From the NCBI RefSeq assembly GCF_000284455.1, contig NC_017039.1, positions 2,880,001 through 2,912,000 on the forward strand: a stretch of DNA of 32,000 bases. The letters are read 5' to 3'. The DNA is from Synechocystis sp. PCC 6803 substr. PCC-P. Lineage in GTDB: Bacteria > Cyanobacteriota > Cyanobacteriia > Cyanobacteriales > Microcystaceae. Position numbers and translations under genes: made by a program. The number at the start of each line of letters is the position of its first letter. Within the stretch, counting starts at the first letter, position 1. This document shows, in pieces, positions 27,803 through 32,000 of this stretch. Under the pieces are notes generated by a model, which worked only from the letters and a program-made list of their open reading frames with translations, had not been told where the DNA came from and did no database searches.

Positions 27803-28702
27803 TTAAGAACTATCTTTGGGGGGAAATCGTGGTGAAATACGCGAGGAAATATTTAAGTTATTCAAGCTGACATAGTATTTGCGATAGAAGCTTGCTAAAT
27901 AGCCCATTAATTCTAATACTATCAATCTGCCCTCGGTGGCGTAGGCTTGGGATTTAATTACATTAATATTGTGATTCTTTTCCTTTAGGACGGTGGTGTG
28001 GATTTCGATAATATCCCTGGGGCTGGCTTTCATAAAACCTAGGCGATCGGCTAAATTTCTCAAGCGCTCAGAAAGATTATGGTCTACCCTAAAAGCGCGT
28101 TGATCCAATGCTAATTCTAACAACTCTCCATAGGTTTGTTTCAACTCCCCAAATAATTCTGGAAAGGAATCTTTGATGGTATCAGAACCAAACATCCGGG
28201 CAGTGACGCTGGTGGTGGAGCTAATTAAGGTTTCCAGGGCGCTGTATTCCTTCTGTTGGCTGGCTAAGTTTCGTTGATTTTCACTCTTGCGACGATAAAT
28301 ATTTCTTTCTAAAACCGATAGTAATTCATAATAAAGCAAATAACTGTCGAGATTTTTCAGTCGTAAATAGCCATCGGCCCCATGCTGGAACGCTTGAATA
28401 ACTAAATGCTCATCTTCACTTTGGCTATAGACAATGATGGATTGGTCGGGGAAAATTGTGCGGGCTTTAATTAGGGTATCAATGCCTTGGAGTTCCGATA
28501 GAAATAGATCTAATAAAACCACGGCAAACTCTCGATCTTGGCAAATGTCCACCGCCTCAGCCAAATTTGACACCGTCGTAATTTGTACCGGTAGACGTTC
28601 CACCAAAGGGGATACAATCGACGGTCCGAAGCAATGGTCAACCATGGCTGCCGTTGCTGAATCATCTTCAATCAGTAGAATTTGGTAGGGCTCCTGGGTC
28701 AT
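27803..28702 (-). CDS. kaiA3: Chimeric clock protein: NarL-like receiver domain fused to a KaiA-like C-terminal domain (KaiA3-like); often annotated only as a response regulator
   Basis: N-terminus QILLIEDDSATAAM...VVLLDLFLSELQG...HGADGY (receiver). C-terminus LFGELKQTYGELLELALDQRAFRVDHNLSERLRNLADRLGFMKASPRDIIEIHTTVLKE...YATEGRLIVLELMGYLASFYRKYY resembles the KaiA C-terminal helical domain. No HTH found. Confidence 0.85.
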   Translation of the reverse strand: MTQEPYQILLIEDDSATAAMVDHCFGPSIVSPLVERLPVQITTVSNLAEAVDICQDREFAVVLLDLFLSELQGIDTLIKARTIFPDQSIIVYSQSEDEHLVIQAFQHGADGYLRLKNLDSYLLYYELLSVLERNIYRRKSENQRNLASQQKEYSALETLISSTTSVTARMFGSDTIKDSFPELFGELKQTYGELLELALDQRAFRVDHNLSERLRNLADRLGFMKASPRDIIEIHTTVLKEKNHNINVIKSQAYATEGRLIVLELMGYLASFYRKYYVSLNNLNISSRISPRFPPKDSS

Positions 28703-28949
28703 GTAATCACGGCTAAGTTCCAAGGTGAGGGGTTTATGGGTTAGTTAAGTTTAATGCTATGCCTTTGCCTCTCTGGGGTTTACCTGGTAATGTCCCTATG
28801 CCCGCAGTTTTGAGACAAATTAAAGCACAATTAAAACTTGGCAAATAAGCTTTGACTAATCCTAAATATTTCTATGATTTAATTTGGGATTTAGCCACAC
28901 TTATTATATGGAGCTTTTAACTAAGTTTTTAATGTCGGTTAATTAATCT

Positions 28950-29687
28950 TCACTCCCCTGGGTCGGCACAAAGTTGCCCATCTTCGAGTTGAATAATCCT
29001 GTCTGCCACGTCCAAAATGCGGTTGTCATGGGTGACAATCAAAATAGTAGACCCCTGCTCTCGGGCTAATTTTCGCATCAACTCCACCACGTCATGGCCC
29101 GATTTACTGTCCAAGGCCGCCGTTGGTTCATCGGCCAAAATCATTTTGGGATGACTTACTAATGCCCTGGCGATCGCCACCCGTTGTTTTTGTCCACCGG
29201 AAAGATTGTGGGGATTGTAGTTAATGTGAGCTCCTAGTCCCACCGCCTCCAGCATGGCAATGGACAACTCTTTCGCCTGTTGAGCATTGTATTGGGGGTG
29301 TAGTTCGATGGCCATCTGTACATTTTGCCTAGCAGTGAGGGATTCGAGCAAATTGTGGGCTTGGAAAATATAGCCAATGTGACGGCGGACCTGAACCAAA
29401 TCCTGTTTTTTTGCTCCATTTAACTCTTGACCAAACACCCGCAAACTACCGCTCTGGGCCGACCGTAACCCCCCCATCAGGGTCAACAATGTTGTTTTTC
29501 CCGAACCGGAAGGCCCCTTGAGGATCACCACCTCCCCTTCGTCCAATCGGAGATTGATATCAAATAAAATTTGTTTGCGGAGATTGCCAGTGCCGTAGAA
29601 ATGACTGAGATTTTCCATGGCCACCACTGGTTCCGCTGGTGTCATGGTGACTAGGTCACTGGAGGGGGAGGAAAGAAGCATTGCCAT
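28950..29687 (-). CDS. devA: DevA/LolD-type ABC transporter ATP-binding protein
   Basis: GEVVILKGPSGSGKTTLLTLMGGLRSAQSGSLRVFGQEL, YIFQAHNLLESLTARQNVQMA, LSGGQKQRVAIARALVSHPKMILADEPTAALD, IVTHDNRI. Confidence 0.92.
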   Translation of the reverse strand: MAMLLSSPSSDLVTMTPAEPVVAMENLSHFYGTGNLRKQILFDINLRLDEGEVVILKGPSGSGKTTLLTLMGGLRSAQSGSLRVFGQELNGAKKQDLVQVRRHIGYIFQAHNLLESLTARQNVQMAIELHPQYNAQQAKELSIAMLEAVGLGAHINYNPHNLSGGQKQRVAIARALVSHPKMILADEPTAALDSKSGHDVVELMRKLAREQGSTILIVTHDNRILDVADRIIQLEDGQLCADPGE

Positions 29688-29817
29688 GGGCAAATAGATA
29701 GTGGGAAAAAGAGCTTGTATCCATCATGACCTTTTGTCGAGGGGAAAACCACGGCTAAACTTAAAGATCCGCCCCTAGATAGCCACCATTTAATTTTTAC
29801 AAATTTTTACGAAATCC

Positions 29818-30876
29818 ATGCACAAAATCCCCGTTACCGTAGTCACTGGCTTCCTCGGCTCTGGCAAAACCACCTTGGTTAGGAACCTATTACAAAACAA
29901 CCAAGGGCGACGCATTGCAGTGTTAGTCAACGAGTTTGGGGAAGTGGGCATTGATGGGGATATTCTCCGCAGTTGCGGGGTATGTGACGAGGACGGCAAT
30001 CAAATCTTTCCGGCAAGCAATGAAGCCCCCAAGATTGTTGAATTGGCCAATGGCTGTCTCTGTTGCACTGTGCAGGAGGAATTTTTGCCCACCATGCAGG
30101 CTTTGTTGGAGCGGCGAGAGGAAATTGACTGCATTGTGGTGGAAACTTCCGGCTTAGCCCTGCCCAAACCTCTCATTCAAGCTTTTCGTTGGCCAGAAAT
30201 TCGCACTGGGGCCACGGTGGATGGAGTAATTACTGTGGTAGATGGGGATGCCCTCGCCAGGGGGGCCATGGTAGGGGATTTGGAAGCTTTGGAAGCCCAA
30301 CGGCAGGCCGATGATAGCCTCGACCACGAAACTCCCATTGAAGAATTGTTTGAAGACCAGTTGGCCTGTGCGGATATGGTGCTGTTGACCAAAACCGATT
30401 TGTTGGGGGATGGGGATCAACAACGGCTGGAAAATTGGTTAGGTGACCAGTTACCCACAGGAGTCAAAGTGGTGCCCTGTCACCAAGGGCAAATTAGTCC
30501 AGAAATTCTCCTCGGCTTTAATGCGGCGGTGGAAGACAACCTGGACAGTCGCCCCAGTCACCATGACCATGAAGAAGACCACGACCACGATGAGGATATT
30601 AATGCGGTGTATGTGGCCCTAGACCAGGAATTTGACCCGGCGCATTTGGTTCAAGGTTTAACTGATTTGGTGCAAGACCATGAGATTTATCGCATTAAGG
30701 GTTTTGTCGCCGTGCCCAAAAAAGCAATGCGCCTAGTACTCCAGGGAGTTGGGCAACGATTTGATTATTTTTATGATCGCCTCTGGACAGAAGAAGATAG
30801 CAGGCAAACCCGCTTGGTGGTCATTGGCCAGGGCTTGGAATCGGAAAAGATCAAAATGGCGATCGCCAACATTTAG
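29818..30876 (+). CDS. cobW: CobW/COG0523-family GTPase (putative metal chaperone)
   Basis: VTVVTGFLGSGKTTLVRNLLQNNQG, VNEFGEVGIDGDIL, NGCLCCTVQEEF, TKTDLLGD, His/Asp-rich segment SHHDHEEDHDHDEDI. Confidence 0.93.
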   Translation: MHKIPVTVVTGFLGSGKTTLVRNLLQNNQGRRIAVLVNEFGEVGIDGDILRSCGVCDEDGNQIFPASNEAPKIVELANGCLCCTVQEEFLPTMQALLERREEIDCIVVETSGLALPKPLIQAFRWPEIRTGATVDGVITVVDGDALARGAMVGDLEALEAQRQADDSLDHETPIEELFEDQLACADMVLLTKTDLLGDGDQQRLENWLGDQLPTGVKVVPCHQGQISPEILLGFNAAVEDNLDSRPSHHDHEEDHDHDEDINAVYVALDQEFDPAHLVQGLTDLVQDHEIYRIKGFVAVPKKAMRLVLQGVGQRFDYFYDRLWTEEDSRQTRLVVIGQGLESEKIKMAIANI

Positions 30877-30938
30877 ACCCCTTCGGCCATCAACAGAATC
30901 GGCTACCATGGAGCAGAGAAACACAAGCTTTCAAGGTA

Positions 30939-31952
30939 ATGGTAAATTTCGGGCTTAATTCAGCTAGCATCCTTGGTATTTTTCTTGCAGTGGCCGGGGC
31001 CGGGCTCTATTTCCTGCGCTCAGTGCGGCCGGAGGTGTCCCGGGATTACGACATCTTTTTCTCCGCTGTGGGCTTACTGTGTGGACTAATTTTGCTATTC
31101 CAAGGTTGGCGGCTCGACCCGATTTTACAATTTGGACAACTTCTATTAAGTGGTTCCACCGTGTTTTTTGCCGCTGAAACCATTCGTTTGCGGGGCATCA
31201 CCACCGAACAGGCCCGGCGCAGTGCCCCCTACGCAGACGATCGCCGGGTGAGCAAAACCAGGGTCTATACGGAAGCGGAATTGGATCAGTTGGAACCGGA
31301 AGATGAACCCGTGGCCCGCAATAATCGCCGCCTGAGGGGTTATGACGATGATGCCCGCAGTGGCCGTCCCGATGGCTATGGAGAAGCGGAAGCCCGCCCC
31401 AGACCCCGTTCCCAAGGCCGTAACGCTCCCCCCACTAACCCCAACCCCAGACCAACCCGTTCCCGTCCCTCCGCTGGCCGCAGTGCCCCCCAAAGACCCG
31501 GCCCCGCCCCTGGTTACAACGATAACTACGGTTACGAAGACGATTATTCCGGTTGGGAGAGTGGTGCCAATGATGTGTGGGATGATCCCACCCCTAGCCG
31601 TCGGCCGCCTACCCGTCGTCCCCGTCCCGAAGCTGGTAATGATCCGGCCCCTTCCCGTCGTCCCCGTCCTAGTAATAATCCCCCCAATGATTCCTTTGGC
31701 GATCGCCCGGAGAGAAATGCCCCCCGCAATGCCCGTCCCTACGAAGATGAACCGCCCGCGGCCTATGTGGACTATCAACCCATTGACGAAGCCGATTTAA
31801 CTCCCCGCCCCACCACTCCCGAGGACCCTGCCGATAGGAACCAGGAACAGAGTCGCAGTGGTAATCCCCGCAGTCAACGCCCTAGTCGCTCCCCCGTCGA
31901 TGGCGAAGAGCCCCCCATCGGAGCTGATGACCAAGAACGGTTTGATTATTAG
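30939..31952 (+). CDS. Ycf66-family membrane protein with a long low-complexity tail
   Basis: MVNFGLNSASILGIFLAVAGAGLYFLRSVRPEVSRDYDIFFSAVGLLCGLILLFQGWRLDPILQFGQLLLSGSTVFFAAETIRLRG, then about 230 residues rich in Pro, Arg and Asn. Confidence 0.88.
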   Translation: MVNFGLNSASILGIFLAVAGAGLYFLRSVRPEVSRDYDIFFSAVGLLCGLILLFQGWRLDPILQFGQLLLSGSTVFFAAETIRLRGITTEQARRSAPYADDRRVSKTRVYTEAELDQLEPEDEPVARNNRRLRGYDDDARSGRPDGYGEAEARPRPRSQGRNAPPTNPNPRPTRSRPSAGRSAPQRPGPAPGYNDNYGYEDDYSGWESGANDVWDDPTPSRRPPTRRPRPEAGNDPAPSRRPRPSNNPPNDSFGDRPERNAPRNARPYEDEPPAAYVDYQPIDEADLTPRPTTPEDPADRNQEQSRSGNPRSQRPSRSPVDGEEPPIGADDQERFDY

Positions 31953-32000
31953 TTTTTCCCAGTGAACAGGGTGAGAATTTGGAGTAGTTTAGGGCGGACT

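Noticed and set aside
27803-28702. Reading the receiver protein as an ordinary NarL-type transcription factor
   Set aside because: No LuxR-type HTH (expected SxREx..VL..xA.G.sNkeIA pattern) is present. The C-terminus matches a KaiA-like helical domain instead.
30154-30423. Antisense ORFs (89 and 71 aa) inside the CobW-family gene
   Set aside because: Shadow ORFs opposite a conserved GTPase domain.
31146-31778. 210-aa minus-strand ORF inside the Ycf66-family gene
   Set aside because: Low-complexity Gly/Ile/Thr-rich translation that mirrors the Pro/Arg/Asn-rich tail of the sense gene; a shadow ORF.
31342-31800. 152-aa plus-strand ORF in another frame of the Ycf66-family gene
   Set aside because: Overlaps the well-supported gene and is a compositional artefact of its low-complexity tail.

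Overview
This 32 kb window matches, from memory of the gene order, the chromosome of Synechocystis sp. PCC 6803 (slr0079 to slr0096, then slr0498 to slr0503 / sll0484 to sll0489). No database search was run. It is almost entirely chromosomal protein-coding sequence. I see no convincing tRNA, rRNA, CRISPR array, transposon or prophage. Recognisable genes, left to right: a type IV pilus/GspE-family ATPase (partial), rnhA, an sphR-like OmpR response regulator, rimO, the DEAD-box helicase gene crhR, argC, hisH, thrS, a short Hsp70-like gene, crtO, gamma-tocopherol methyltransferase, HPPD, an aldehyde dehydrogenase, a family 2 glycosyltransferase, a DnaJ-type protein, a SAM O-methyltransferase, a SulP transporter, a K+ channel-like protein, a 57-aa cysteine-motif protein, an ABC ATPase, hisB, a Uma2-family protein, a methyltransferase, a divergent kaiB (kaiB3), a receiver-domain protein with a KaiA-like C-terminus (kaiA3), a DevA-type ABC ATPase, a CobW-family GTPase and a Ycf66-family protein. 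The strongest candidate for an unusual system is the kaiA3-kaiB3 pair at 27321-28702. A gene that looks like a plain response regulator encodes a receiver domain fused to a KaiA-like C-terminal domain, directly upstream of a non-standard kaiB, which suggests an accessory circadian clock. Secondary points of interest are a GspE/PilB-like ATPase with degenerate catalytic motifs, the small CxxC-x9-CxxxC protein, a truncated Hsp70-like protein, the crtO/tocopherol/HPPD/aldehyde dehydrogenase cluster, and several inverted or direct repeats in intergenic regions.
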